64,000 nucleotides of DNA from contig CAXXLV010000001.1 of NCBI GenBank assembly GCA_963664305.2, positions 736,001 to 800,000 of the forward strand, written 5' to 3'. The position numbers and the translations under genes were made by a program. The notes under the pieces were generated by a model. That model was not told the origin of the DNA. It did not search any database and saw nothing but the letters and a program-made list of their open reading frames with translations. Position 1 is the stretch's first letter. Each line of letters begins with the position of its first letter. The stretch is from an uncultured Aliarcobacter sp. (GTDB lineage: Bacteria > Campylobacterota > Campylobacteria > Campylobacterales > Arcobacteraceae). Shown here piece by piece: positions 19,371 to 28,385 of the stretch.

Positions 19371-19892
19371 TTAAACACCCATCCAATTTTCGTGTGTGTG
19401 CCCTTTTGGTTTAAAGTTAACAACTTCATTTAGTGTGATTGAAAAATCTTCCATTTTAAATTCATCTTCTAAATCTGTTGGAATTTCTTTATATTTTATA
19501 ACACCCTCTTTATCAATTACAAAAATAGAGTTTGCAACCATTGAATCATCGATATTTACTCCAAATTTACTTGAAAAATCAACAAAATCATTTGATATAA
19601 AACCTCTATCTAAAGCAAACTTTTCAGCAACATCTTCGATAATTTCATTTGAACTTGAAGTGATGATATAAGGGAAAACTTTTCTTTTTGTTGTATTAAT
19701 TATTTGGTGTAAATCAGAGTTATATTTACTTACATCATTTAAAGTAATCATAACTTGAACAGATGGTGCCATCAAACCAATAACTTTTACTTCATCATTT
19801 AGCATTTTTACTCTAACAGCTGGTGCTTCACCTTCAACTTTTCTATCTTTCTTACCTAATGGGTAACTATTATTTTTAAATGTAATTTCCAT
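19371..19892 (-). CDS. Tpx (thiol peroxidase)-fold protein with no cysteine
   Basis: ITFKNN..L, EAPAV, FSSKFGV, SIFVIDKEGVIKYKEI follow Tpx; PSLDTxVC replaced. Confidence 0.75.
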   Translation of the reverse strand: MEITFKNNSYPLGKKDRKVEGEAPAVRVKMLNDEVKVIGLMAPSVQVMITLNDVSKYNSDLHQIINTTKRKVFPYIITSSSNEIIEDVAEKFALDRGFISNDFVDFSSKFGVNIDDSMVANSIFVIDKEGVIKYKEIPTDLEDEFKMEDFSITLNEVVNFKPKGHTHENWMGV

Positions 19893-19893
19893 A

Positions 19894-20271
19894 TTATAAA
19901 ATTTCCTTGTGTATTATTTGACAATCTTTATTTATCATTATTAATGATTTTATTAAATTGTTTTTTTCATCATTTAGATTAAACTCTTTTGCAAAAGATT
20001 TAAAATCATTTGAGATAAATGATTCATTTAATTCATATTTTTCTATAAGCTCTTTTATTTCGTTTTGTGAACTTGAAGTTATAATAAAACACTCAATTTT
20101 GTCTTTTGAAAAGTTTATACTCTCTTTTAATTTATCGTTAAACTCCAATATATTTGGAAGAGTAACTATTACTTGAGCTTGTAATTTTGGAAGACCAAGT
20201 AGCTTTGTACTATCATTTAACATTTTTATAGATGTAAATGGAACTATTGGAAGATTTGGATTAATGCTCAT
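19894..20271 (-). CDS. Shorter paralogue of the Tpx-fold protein
   Basis: Shares KMLND, QV, IITSSS, FISNDF, KEI with 19371-19892. Confidence 0.7.
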   Translation of the reverse strand: MSINPNLPIVPFTSIKMLNDSTKLLGLPKLQAQVIVTLPNILEFNDKLKESINFSKDKIECFIITSSSQNEIKELIEKYELNESFISNDFKSFAKEFNLNDEKNNLIKSLIMINKDCQIIHKEIL

Positions 20272-21556
20272 GACTCTCTCCTAGTTTATGGTGATTTATC
20301 AAATTTGCTAATTCAAAAAGTACATAAGTACTTCCCTCATATAAAACATCATTTTTTAGTTGATTTCCTAATCCTTCAAAATCTGGGAAACCTCTTAGCA
20401 TCAAGGCTTTTTTATGTTTTATAGTAAGTCTTTCTCCATGAAAGTTTGAAATTAATACATCACTTTCTTGCAAAAATGATTCCACATCTTCAAAATCTCC
20501 AATTAAAAGATTTTCACATGGGATTTCATCTAATAAATCATTTCTGTGAGTAGTAACAATGGCTTTTATTGTTGCTCCTGCTTCAATAACTGTATTTGCA
20601 ACACTGATTGCTTGGTCTGGTTCAAGAGCAATTACTACTTTTGAACTACCAATTGCAAAGTGTGTATCTAAAAGGGCATCTTGTAATCTTTTTCTCCATC
20701 TAACAATTGATGGATGCGGTTGAGAAATATTTTTTAAGTTGCATAAAGCTTTATAAAAATTATCACTTTGTTCTAATCCACCTAAACTATCAAAATGAAA
20801 TAGATTTAGATTTGCATTTTTTTCAAGCATTTTTTGTCCACATTTTTGAACACTTTGTCCAATAGTAATTACTAAGTGAGAAGTGGCTAATTTTTTAATA
20901 TCTTCTACACTTATTCCACCACTACTTAAAGCTCCTTGTTTTAAACCTAAGTGACCATCAAGTGATTCACTTAAATCTGGAAGTGCAAAAACTTCATATC
21001 CAAAAAGAGAAATAGTATCTTTGATTTTTTCAATTTCTATTGGTTTTAGATTTACGTTTGGAATTATTAAAGCTTTATTTGTATCTATTTCAGAATCTTT
21101 TTCAACAAGTTGGTCAATAGTTGCTTCAACTGCTTTTGCAAAACCACTCTCAATTGAGCCTTCAAAATCAGGTGTATTTACATAAACCATTAGTTGTTGG
21201 TCTTTTACAAGTAAAGTTGCACCTTTTATATCATCACCTTTTGTTTCAGTAAGGCCAGTTGTAAAAAGACCAACTAAATCAGGTTTTACTTTTTTAGTAA
21301 TATTTTTTATACTTTCACTAATAGCATAATCTCCACCATCAATAACAGCAGTTATATCATTTACAGCTGTTGTTTGAACAGCAATTGGGTCATTAAAGTG
21401 TCTAGTGAAAAATACTTTTGTAAATGAGGCACAACCTTGAGCACCATGCATCAATGGCATACAGTTTTTTATTCCTAAAAAAAATAGCATCGCTCCCATA
21501 GGCTGCGATAGTTTTATAGGGTTTAGTTGTAAAGGTTTTTTACTAATAGCTTCCAT
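20261..21556 (-). CDS. nifN: FeMo-cofactor scaffold NifN
   Basis: LNPIKLSQPMGA, HGAQGCASF..RHFNDP, TPDFEG; start moved to ATG 21556, downstream of the promoter. Confidence 0.95.
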   Translation of the reverse strand: MEAISKKPLQLNPIKLSQPMGAMLFFLGIKNCMPLMHGAQGCASFTKVFFTRHFNDPIAVQTTAVNDITAVIDGGDYAISESIKNITKKVKPDLVGLFTTGLTETKGDDIKGATLLVKDQQLMVYVNTPDFEGSIESGFAKAVEATIDQLVEKDSEIDTNKALIIPNVNLKPIEIEKIKDTISLFGYEVFALPDLSESLDGHLGLKQGALSSGGISVEDIKKLATSHLVITIGQSVQKCGQKMLEKNANLNLFHFDSLGGLEQSDNFYKALCNLKNISQPHPSIVRWRKRLQDALLDTHFAIGSSKVVIALEPDQAISVANTVIEAGATIKAIVTTHRNDLLDEIPCENLLIGDFEDVESFLQESDVLISNFHGERLTIKHKKALMLRGFPDFEGLGNQLKNDVLYEGSTYVLFELANLINHHKLGESHEH

Positions 21557-21584
21557 GGAATTTCCTAGGTTTTTTTTAAAAACT

Positions 21585-21600
21585 TGCAAGAAGTGTTCCT
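21585..21600 (-). promoter_or_regulatory. sigma54 promoter of nifN (AGGAACACTTCTTGCA)
   Basis: GG-N10-GC. Confidence 0.85.
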
Positions 21601-21639
21601 AAGCTAAGGGGATTTTTATAAATAAAGAAAATGTAGTTT

Positions 21640-21668
21640 ATATTCAAGTACTAAATGTACTTGAATAT
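21640..21668 (-). terminator. Hairpin ending the eut operon
   Basis: ATATTCAAGTAC-TAAAT-GTACTTGAATAT. Confidence 0.7.
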
Positions 21669-21672
21669 GATT

Positions 21673-23082
21673 TTATAGTTCGTGTTCTAACTCTTTTTCA
21701 GCTTTTTCAATCATTGCAAACTCTTCTTGTGCAGTTTTTGCAACAAGATGATTTTTACTATATAAGAAGAAATATAATGAACAAACTACATATAAAATAA
21801 TTGTGTAGTTAAATGCTCTTGGGTCAAATGCATAAACCCCAGTTAAAGCAATAAGTGATAAAACTAATGCCACACCAGAAGTTGCCATTCCTCCAGGAGT
21901 TTTATAAGGTCTTTTCATATCAGGTTGTTTAACTCTTAATAAAATATGACTTAATGCCATAAGTGCATAAGAAATAGTTGCTCCAACAACTGCCATACCA
22001 AGCATTAAATCACCCTCTCCACTTAAAGATGCTAAAAATCCTAAAACACCAGGAACAATAAGTGCCCAAGTTGGAGTTTTTCTTTTACTTGTAAGTGATA
22101 AGAATTGTGGTAAATAACCAGCTCTTGATAAAGCAAAGATTAATCTACTGTAACCATAAATAATTGAGAAAAATGATGCTACAAGACCAGCTAATGCAAG
22201 AACATTTACAATTGTTCCTAATGTTTCATTTCCTGTGAAATTTAAGGCATCTACTAATGGAACTGTACTTTTTCCAATCATTTCAGCACCACTTGCACCT
22301 GCAAGTAAAAATAAAACTAAAACAGCTGTAAATAATAAGAACATCATAGCTCCAATAATACCTTTAGGTACATCTTTAGCAGGATTTTTTGCTTCTTCAG
22401 CTGCTAATGGAACACCTTCAACTGCTAAAAATAACCACATAGCAAAAGGAAGAGCAGCCCAAACTCCATGCCAACCAAAAGGTAAAAATTCAGTAGCTCC
22501 TACAACATCAGCTGATGGTGCAATATTAAATAAATTTGCAGTATTAAAATCACCAATTAAAGCAATTGCAGTTGCAATAATCGCAAATACAGCTAAAGCA
22601 CTAATTACCATCATTGTTTTTAATGCTTCCCCAGCACCTAAAACGTGAATAGCAATAAATACAATATAAAATATTGCATAAACAATTGGACCATTAATAC
22701 CTAATAAACTCTCAGTTGCAGCACCTATAAATATTACAATAGCAGCAGGTGCTAAGGCATACTCTATTAGTATTGCAAGACCAGTTAAAAACCCACCTAT
22801 TGGACCCATAACTTGTCTAGCAAAACTATATCCACCACCAGCAGCAGGAATCATAGCTGACATTTCAGCTAAAGATAATACTAAACAAACATACATGATT
22901 GCCATTAAAACAGAAGAGATTAAAAATCCTCCCCAACCAGCTTCAGCTATACCAAAATTCCATCCAGCAAAATCACCAGAAATTACATAAGATATTCCAA
23001 GTCCTGCAAGTAACATCCAACCAGCAGTTCCTTTTTTCAATTGACGTTTAGCAAGATATTCTTCGTCGATTTTATTTTTCAT
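21673..23082 (-). CDS. eat: Ethanolamine permease (APC family)
   Basis: YLAKRQLKKG..GISYVISGDFAGWNFG, WLFLAVEGVPLAAEE. Confidence 0.93.
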   Translation of the reverse strand: MKNKIDEEYLAKRQLKKGTAGWMLLAGLGISYVISGDFAGWNFGIAEAGWGGFLISSVLMAIMYVCLVLSLAEMSAMIPAAGGGYSFARQVMGPIGGFLTGLAILIEYALAPAAIVIFIGAATESLLGINGPIVYAIFYIVFIAIHVLGAGEALKTMMVISALAVFAIIATAIALIGDFNTANLFNIAPSADVVGATEFLPFGWHGVWAALPFAMWLFLAVEGVPLAAEEAKNPAKDVPKGIIGAMMFLLFTAVLVLFLLAGASGAEMIGKSTVPLVDALNFTGNETLGTIVNVLALAGLVASFFSIIYGYSRLIFALSRAGYLPQFLSLTSKRKTPTWALIVPGVLGFLASLSGEGDLMLGMAVVGATISYALMALSHILLRVKQPDMKRPYKTPGGMATSGVALVLSLIALTGVYAFDPRAFNYTIILYVVCSLYFFLYSKNHLVAKTAQEEFAMIEKAEKELEHEL

Positions 23083-23095
23083 TTTATTTCCTTAA

Positions 23096-23947
23096 TTAAT
23101 TTAATAAAAAATTTTTTTGTTCTATTACATTTGTTATTTCATCATCTGATGTTCTATCTTTTATATTTACACCAGATAATTGTAGTTTTCTTGATTCTTT
23201 TAATAAATAAACACTTTTTTTTGTAGCCTCCTCATAACTTAGTCCGTCCATACGAACATTTGAAATACAATTTCTATTTGAATCATTTAGCCCAACTTTT
23301 GGTGAATAAGTTAGATATAAACCTAAACTATCAGGTGAGCTTAGCCCTGGTCTTTCACCTATTAAAACTAAAACAGCTTTTGCATTTAAAAGTTCACCAA
23401 TTTCATCACCAATCGCAACTCTTCCTTGCTCAACAATAGTAAAGGGTGCTAGTAACCAATCTTCATCATCATTTACAAGTTCTTTTGAAAGTTTGTGAAT
23501 AAAGTTTGTTGCATTTTCTTTTATTGCAAGTGATGAAAGTCCATCTACTACAACAATTGCTAAATCATAAGATTCTTCTTTTTGAAGATTTTGTAGTTTA
23601 TGTTTTGATTCTTTGTTTAATCTTCTTCCTAAATCAGGTCTTTGAAGATAAACATGTCTATTTGTTGCTTGAGAATGAAGTAATATTGGAGTTACTCCTT
23701 CACTTAATAAACCTTTTGCATTGTTACTTCCAAGTAGTTCAAGTTCCAGTGGCATATTTGAAAAGTCATCTTCTAATTTTTCTATATCAAGCGGTAAATG
23801 AACAGCATCTCTTGCTTTTGCATGAGCTAATTGGAAATCCAATAATTTTTCAGTTGGTAAACTAACTCCCGTTCTTCCTAGTCCAATTCTTGCATCAGTG
23901 TATTCTTTTAAAGCTTCCCAAGGATTTTTAATCACTAATTCATTCAT
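23096..23947 (-). CDS. eutC: Ethanolamine ammonia-lyase small subunit
   Basis: TDARIGLGRTG, YLQRPDLGR, IGERPGLSSPDS, RNCISN. Confidence 0.97.
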   Translation of the reverse strand: MNELVIKNPWEALKEYTDARIGLGRTGVSLPTEKLLDFQLAHAKARDAVHLPLDIEKLEDDFSNMPLELELLGSNNAKGLLSEGVTPILLHSQATNRHVYLQRPDLGRRLNKESKHKLQNLQKEESYDLAIVVVDGLSSLAIKENATNFIHKLSKELVNDDEDWLLAPFTIVEQGRVAIGDEIGELLNAKAVLVLIGERPGLSSPDSLGLYLTYSPKVGLNDSNRNCISNVRMDGLSYEEATKKSVYLLKESRKLQLSGVNIKDRTSDDEITNVIEQKNFLLN

Positions 23948-23948
23948 A

Positions 23949-25346
23949 TTAATTTCCTATAACTTTAGATAAAGAGTTTGCAAAAAGAGGAGGAATATTA
24001 TTGTTTAAAAGGTAGCCATCCATACTTTTAAAGATTTCCATCTTTTCAAGCCATGCTTTAAATTCAGGTGCTGGGTCAAGATTTAATACCCGTCTAGCAT
24101 ATAGTGCATCATGGAAAGATGTAGTTTGATAGTTAAGCATAATATCATCACTTCCAGGAATACCCATAATAAAATTAATTCCAGCAACCCCTAAAAGAGT
24201 TAATAAATTATCCATATCATTTTGGTCAGCTTCTGCATGATTTGTATAACAAATATCACAACCCATTGGAACACCTAAAAGTTTTCCACAAAAGTGGTCT
24301 TCAAGACCTGCTCTACTTATCTCTTTTCCATCATATAAATATTCAGGTCCAATAAAACCAACAACTGTATTTACTAAAAGTGGTGAGAATTTTCTTGCAA
24401 CTGCATAAGCTCTTACTTCACAAGTTTGTTGGTCAACCCCAAAGTTCGCATTTGCTGAAAGTGAACTTCCTTGTCCAGTTTCAAAATACATAACGTTATT
24501 TCCTACAGTTCCTCTATTTAGACTAAGTGCAGCTTCTTGTGCCTCTTTTAGTGTTGCTAGATTAAATCCAAAACTTGAATTAGTGGCTTCTGTTCCTCCA
24601 ATAGATTGGAAAACTAAATCAACAGGGGCTCCTTTTTCAATACATTCGATTGTATTAGTAACATGTGTTAAGATACAAGATTGTGTTGGAATTTGATATT
24701 TTGAAATCACTTCATCAAGTAGTTTTAAAAGTTTAGTAGCTTGATTAACATTATCTGTTGCTGGATTTATTCCAATAACAGCATCACCATTTCCATATAA
24801 TAATCCATCAAGTGTACTCGCAGCTATTCCCATAACATCATCAGTTGGATGGTTTGGTTGAAGTCTTGTTGACAAATGTCCTTTTAGACCAATAGTGTTT
24901 CTAAATTTTGTTATAACTTCACATTTTTTAGCAACCATGATTAAATCTTGATTTCTCATGATTTTACTAACTGCTGCAACCATTTCAGGTGTTAATCCAT
25001 CTTTTACAGCTTGTAAAGTTTTTGTTGTTGTATTATCTGAAAGTAACCAGTTTCTAAACTCTCCAACACTTAAACCTGAAATTGGTTCAAATGCTGTTTT
25101 ATCATGTTCATCAATGATTAATCTTGTTACTTCATCTTTTTCATAAGGTATTAGGGCAGTATTTAAAAACTCTTTTAATGGAACTTCTGAAAGTCTCATT
25201 TGTGCAATTACACGTTCTTCTTCACTGTTAGCCGCAACTTCAGCTAATATATCTCCAGATCTTTTTGGCGTTGCTTTTGCCATCAAATCTTTTAAATCTT
25301 TGAAATGATAAGTTTTATTACCATAAACAAATTTATATTCACTCAT
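23949..25346 (-). CDS. eutB: Ethanolamine ammonia-lyase large subunit
   Basis: RLQPNHPTDD, YFETGQGS, VVGFIGPEYL, DIMLNYQTTSFHD. Confidence 0.98.
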   Translation of the reverse strand: MSEYKFVYGNKTYHFKDLKDLMAKATPKRSGDILAEVAANSEEERVIAQMRLSEVPLKEFLNTALIPYEKDEVTRLIIDEHDKTAFEPISGLSVGEFRNWLLSDNTTTKTLQAVKDGLTPEMVAAVSKIMRNQDLIMVAKKCEVITKFRNTIGLKGHLSTRLQPNHPTDDVMGIAASTLDGLLYGNGDAVIGINPATDNVNQATKLLKLLDEVISKYQIPTQSCILTHVTNTIECIEKGAPVDLVFQSIGGTEATNSSFGFNLATLKEAQEAALSLNRGTVGNNVMYFETGQGSSLSANANFGVDQQTCEVRAYAVARKFSPLLVNTVVGFIGPEYLYDGKEISRAGLEDHFCGKLLGVPMGCDICYTNHAEADQNDMDNLLTLLGVAGINFIMGIPGSDDIMLNYQTTSFHDALYARRVLNLDPAPEFKAWLEKMEIFKSMDGYLLNNNIPPLFANSLSKVIGN

Positions 25347-25482
25347 TAATTACCCCTTTAAAAGGGTAATTCTAACTCAACTTAATTATCAAGTAATCAA
25401 AATAAATGTATAAATTATAAACAAATTACTAATATATTTTGATATATTATTTATTTGCAATTTTTACATAATTTTTACACAA

Positions 25483-26829
25483 TTAGTGATTTTCTCCCCA
25501 AGGTTCAGGGTTACCAACTATTTTAAATACTTTGTTATTTACGGCATTACAAACATCAATAGCAAGATTTATTAAACCACTATAAGCTCCATAACTTACT
25601 TTTTTCTCTTGGTTTACATCAACAAAAGCTACTTTTTTCTTAATAGCTGTATATAAACTTCTTCCACCTGCAAGTAAAATATCAATATTGTGTTCATCAA
25701 TAAGTTTTGATTGTTCACTTGGGTCTTCCATCAAAATTTTTACATATTGAGCACAGATTTCTCTATCTTCTAATGTAGCTTTTTTAACACTTGTAGCAAC
25801 AACATCAATTCCAATATCTTGAAGTGCAGAAGCAATTGACCAAGTTTTATTTCCACCTGTATTTAAAATTGCTTTTTTACCTTCAAGTATTTTTCTATAT
25901 GGAACTAATGCCTCTTCAAGTTTTGCTTCTTCTTCAGCAATTACAGCTTCTGCTCTTTTTGATAACTCTTCATCTCCAAAAGCATTAACTATACTTCTAA
26001 TTGCATTTGTTGTATCTCGTTTTCCATAAAATGAGATAGAGATATATGGAATTTCATATTTTTCTTGCATTTTTCTTGTTAGACTTATAAGTGATTTTGC
26101 ACAAACAATTACGTTTAATTTTGCAGTGTGAGCCATTTGAATATTTTCAATTCTTCCATCACCTGCAAGTGTTGAAACAACTTTTATCCCAATTTTTTCA
26201 AGTAGTGGTGTATATTGCCACATATCACCAGTTACATTATATTCTCCAATCAGATTAATTCCAAAAGGATGAATCTCTTCAGGTTCTCGTGTTCCAATTA
26301 ATTGATGAAGAACTGATTCCCCACCAAGACGTGAGCCTAAATTTTTACCACCAACAAAACCTGGAGAGTGAATAACAACTACTGGAATACCATGTTTTTT
26401 TTCCATTCTATCACATGTATTATCCATATCATCACCAATCATTGCAGTTACACAAGTTTCATATACGAAAATACCTTTTGGATTTTTATGTTCAACAATA
26501 TAATCTATGGCTTCTTCAAGTTTTTTATCACCACCAAAGATTACATCATTTGTATTAACATCTGTTGTAAATCCTGTAACAGTATTATTTTCACCATGAT
26601 GAGAAGTTAAAGTTTGTCTTGTTTCCCAAGATGCTCCAATACAAGTTGCTGGAGAGTGAACTAAATGAACAACATCAGCAAAAGGAAAAAGTGCGATTTG
26701 AGCTCCCTCAAATGCGCAACCTCCGCTTGTTGCTCCTGGTTTTGGTTTATCACATGATGATTTTTTTGTTTTATTATGAGAACATGCACTTTCGCTTAAT
26801 AATTCTTTGATTAATTTTTTATTTACCAT
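25483..26829 (-). CDS. nifE: FeMo-cofactor scaffold NifE
   Basis: PGATSGGCAFEGA, TCVTAMIGDD, PGFVGGKNLG, GGNKTWS. Confidence 0.96.
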   Translation of the reverse strand: MVNKKLIKELLSESACSHNKTKKSSCDKPKPGATSGGCAFEGAQIALFPFADVVHLVHSPATCIGASWETRQTLTSHHGENNTVTGFTTDVNTNDVIFGGDKKLEEAIDYIVEHKNPKGIFVYETCVTAMIGDDMDNTCDRMEKKHGIPVVVIHSPGFVGGKNLGSRLGGESVLHQLIGTREPEEIHPFGINLIGEYNVTGDMWQYTPLLEKIGIKVVSTLAGDGRIENIQMAHTAKLNVIVCAKSLISLTRKMQEKYEIPYISISFYGKRDTTNAIRSIVNAFGDEELSKRAEAVIAEEEAKLEEALVPYRKILEGKKAILNTGGNKTWSIASALQDIGIDVVATSVKKATLEDREICAQYVKILMEDPSEQSKLIDEHNIDILLAGGRSLYTAIKKKVAFVDVNQEKKVSYGAYSGLINLAIDVCNAVNNKVFKIVGNPEPWGENH

Positions 26830-26865
26830 AACGTCCTCTTTTGTTTTGGATTTTTTTATGATTTA

Positions 26866-26881
26866 TGCAAATTCTATTCCC
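26866..26881 (-). promoter_or_regulatory. sigma54 promoter of nifE (GGGAATAGAATTTGCA)
   Basis: GG-N10-GC. Confidence 0.8.
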
Positions 26882-26893
26882 ATAAGAAATAAG

Positions 26894-26921
26894 TTCTAAA
26901 TGTCTGTTTAGACATTTAGAA
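26894..26921 (-). terminator. Hairpin insulating nifE from the upstream oxidoreductase
   Basis: TTCTAAATGTCT-GTTT-AGACATTTAGAA. Confidence 0.75.
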
Positions 26922-26930
26922 TTAAAAGAA

Positions 26931-27461
26931 TTATTTAGATAGTTGATTTATATATTCAATATAATCTTTCGTATATTTGTTTAATGTCTCTTCTGTTAGT
27001 TTATATTCTGTTCCATAAGATATAAATGGTTTTTTATAGTCCATTTTTACATAGTTTGCAGTTCCAAAAAATGGAGAAAGAAACTCTTCAACACTTTTTT
27101 TATCTTTACCAGTTTCACTAAATGCTTTTTCTTCTCCTCCACAACTAACAGCAACGGCAAAAGCTTTATTTTCTAATTTATAATTAGCACCATAAGCAAA
27201 ATCATATTCAAGGACAAGGTCAAACCACTCTTTTAAAAGTGAAGGCGAACTAAACCAATACATTGGAAATTGAAAAACTATTACATCATGGTTTAACAAT
27301 AACTCTTGTTCTTTTTTTACATCTATTTTAAAGTCTGGATAGTTAGTATATAAATTGTTTATAGTTACATTCTCAAAGTTACTAATTGCATTTGTAAGTT
27401 TTTTATTTACAACTGAATTTTCAATATTTGGATGAACTAAATTTACTAATATTTTTTTCAT
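26931..27461 (-). CDS. Flavodoxin_2 NAD(P)H:quinone oxidoreductase (KefF/YwrO-like)
   Basis: HPN..S..N, DVKKEQ, QFPMYWFSSPSLLKEWFD. Confidence 0.9.
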   Translation of the reverse strand: MKKILVNLVHPNIENSVVNKKLTNAISNFENVTINNLYTNYPDFKIDVKKEQELLLNHDVIVFQFPMYWFSSPSLLKEWFDLVLEYDFAYGANYKLENKAFAVAVSCGGEEKAFSETGKDKKSVEEFLSPFFGTANYVKMDYKKPFISYGTEYKLTEETLNKYTKDYIEYINQLSK

Positions 27462-27563
27462 AATTAAAGCCTTTTTTATAAATTTAATTGGATTATATAT
27501 AATTATAAAATAAAATGTAAGTATGTACTTTTATGTAATATACTATCAATTAGGAAAGTGTCT

Positions 27564-27917
27564 ATGAAAAAAAATGAAGAAAATAATATCACCCAAACGC
27601 CATTTGGTTATACTTTATCTCTAATTTCCGGAAAATGGAAAATGATAATTTTATATTTATTAGCTGAATATGAAGTTATAAGATACAATGAACTACAAAG
27701 AAAAATAGGAGCAATTACTTATAAAATGCTCAGCTCACAATTAAAAGAATTAGAAGCTGATAAATTAATCACAAGAAAAGAATACCCAATGATTCCACCA
27801 AAAGTTGAATACAGTTTAACACAAAGAGGAAAATCTCTTATTCCTATTTTAGATGCTATGTGCGAATGGGGTTATAAAGAAAGACCTGACATAAATTGTA
27901 TTAGTTATTTAAAATAA
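27564..27917 (+). CDS. HxlR-family wHTH regulator
   Basis: GKWK, LKELE, PPKVEYSLT; divergent from the oxidoreductase. Confidence 0.93.
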   Translation: MKKNEENNITQTPFGYTLSLISGKWKMIILYLLAEYEVIRYNELQRKIGAITYKMLSSQLKELEADKLITRKEYPMIPPKVEYSLTQRGKSLIPILDAMCEWGYKERPDINCISYLK

Positions 27918-27938
27918 AAAATCACTCTTTCATTATTG

Positions 27939-27954
27939 TGGAATAGTATTTGCA
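27939..27954 (+). promoter_or_regulatory. sigma54 promoter (TGGAATAGTATTTGCA) of the operon ending in fprA
   Basis: GG-N10-GC. Confidence 0.85.
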
Positions 27955-27985
27955 AAGTAAATACTGATAAATGAAGGAGTCTAAA

Positions 27986-28375
27986 ATGATTGCTATACCT
28001 CTAGATAAAAAAGATTCAACAACAATATCTGAATTGTTCGGAAACTCTGCATACTTTGCCTTTTTAAATGAAGATACTGGTCATTTCAAGGTAGTGAAAA
28101 ATCAAGGATGTGGAGATGGATTGGAAACAGCTAAGTTTCTTTCAAATCAACATATAAACAGCACAATTTTTTTTCATATGGGAGAAGGAATTTTTAATTC
28201 TTTACAAGAGAATGGAATGAAAGTATATAGTTGTGTAAAAAACTATCTAAGTATCGATGAAATATATAGACAATTTTTATCAGATAAATGTAAAGAAGTT
28301 ACAAAAGCAAATAGTTCAACTCTTTTGGATTCTGGAATGCCAAGTGGTAGTTGTGCTTGTAGTTCAAAAAAGTAG
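27986..28375 (+). CDS. NifB/NifX-family cofactor-binding protein
   Basis: IAIP..ISELFGNSAYF..HMGEG; start at ATG 27986 (SD AAGGAG). Confidence 0.75.
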   Translation: MIAIPLDKKDSTTISELFGNSAYFAFLNEDTGHFKVVKNQGCGDGLETAKFLSNQHINSTIFFHMGEGIFNSLQENGMKVYSCVKNYLSIDEIYRQFLSDKCKEVTKANSSTLLDSGMPSGSCACSSKK

Positions 28376-28385
28376 GATGTAGCTA

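Noticed and set aside
25347..25482. Cobalamin riboswitch or ANTAR hairpins upstream of eutB
   Set aside because: Region is short and almost all A/T, with no B12-box or twin-hairpin motif
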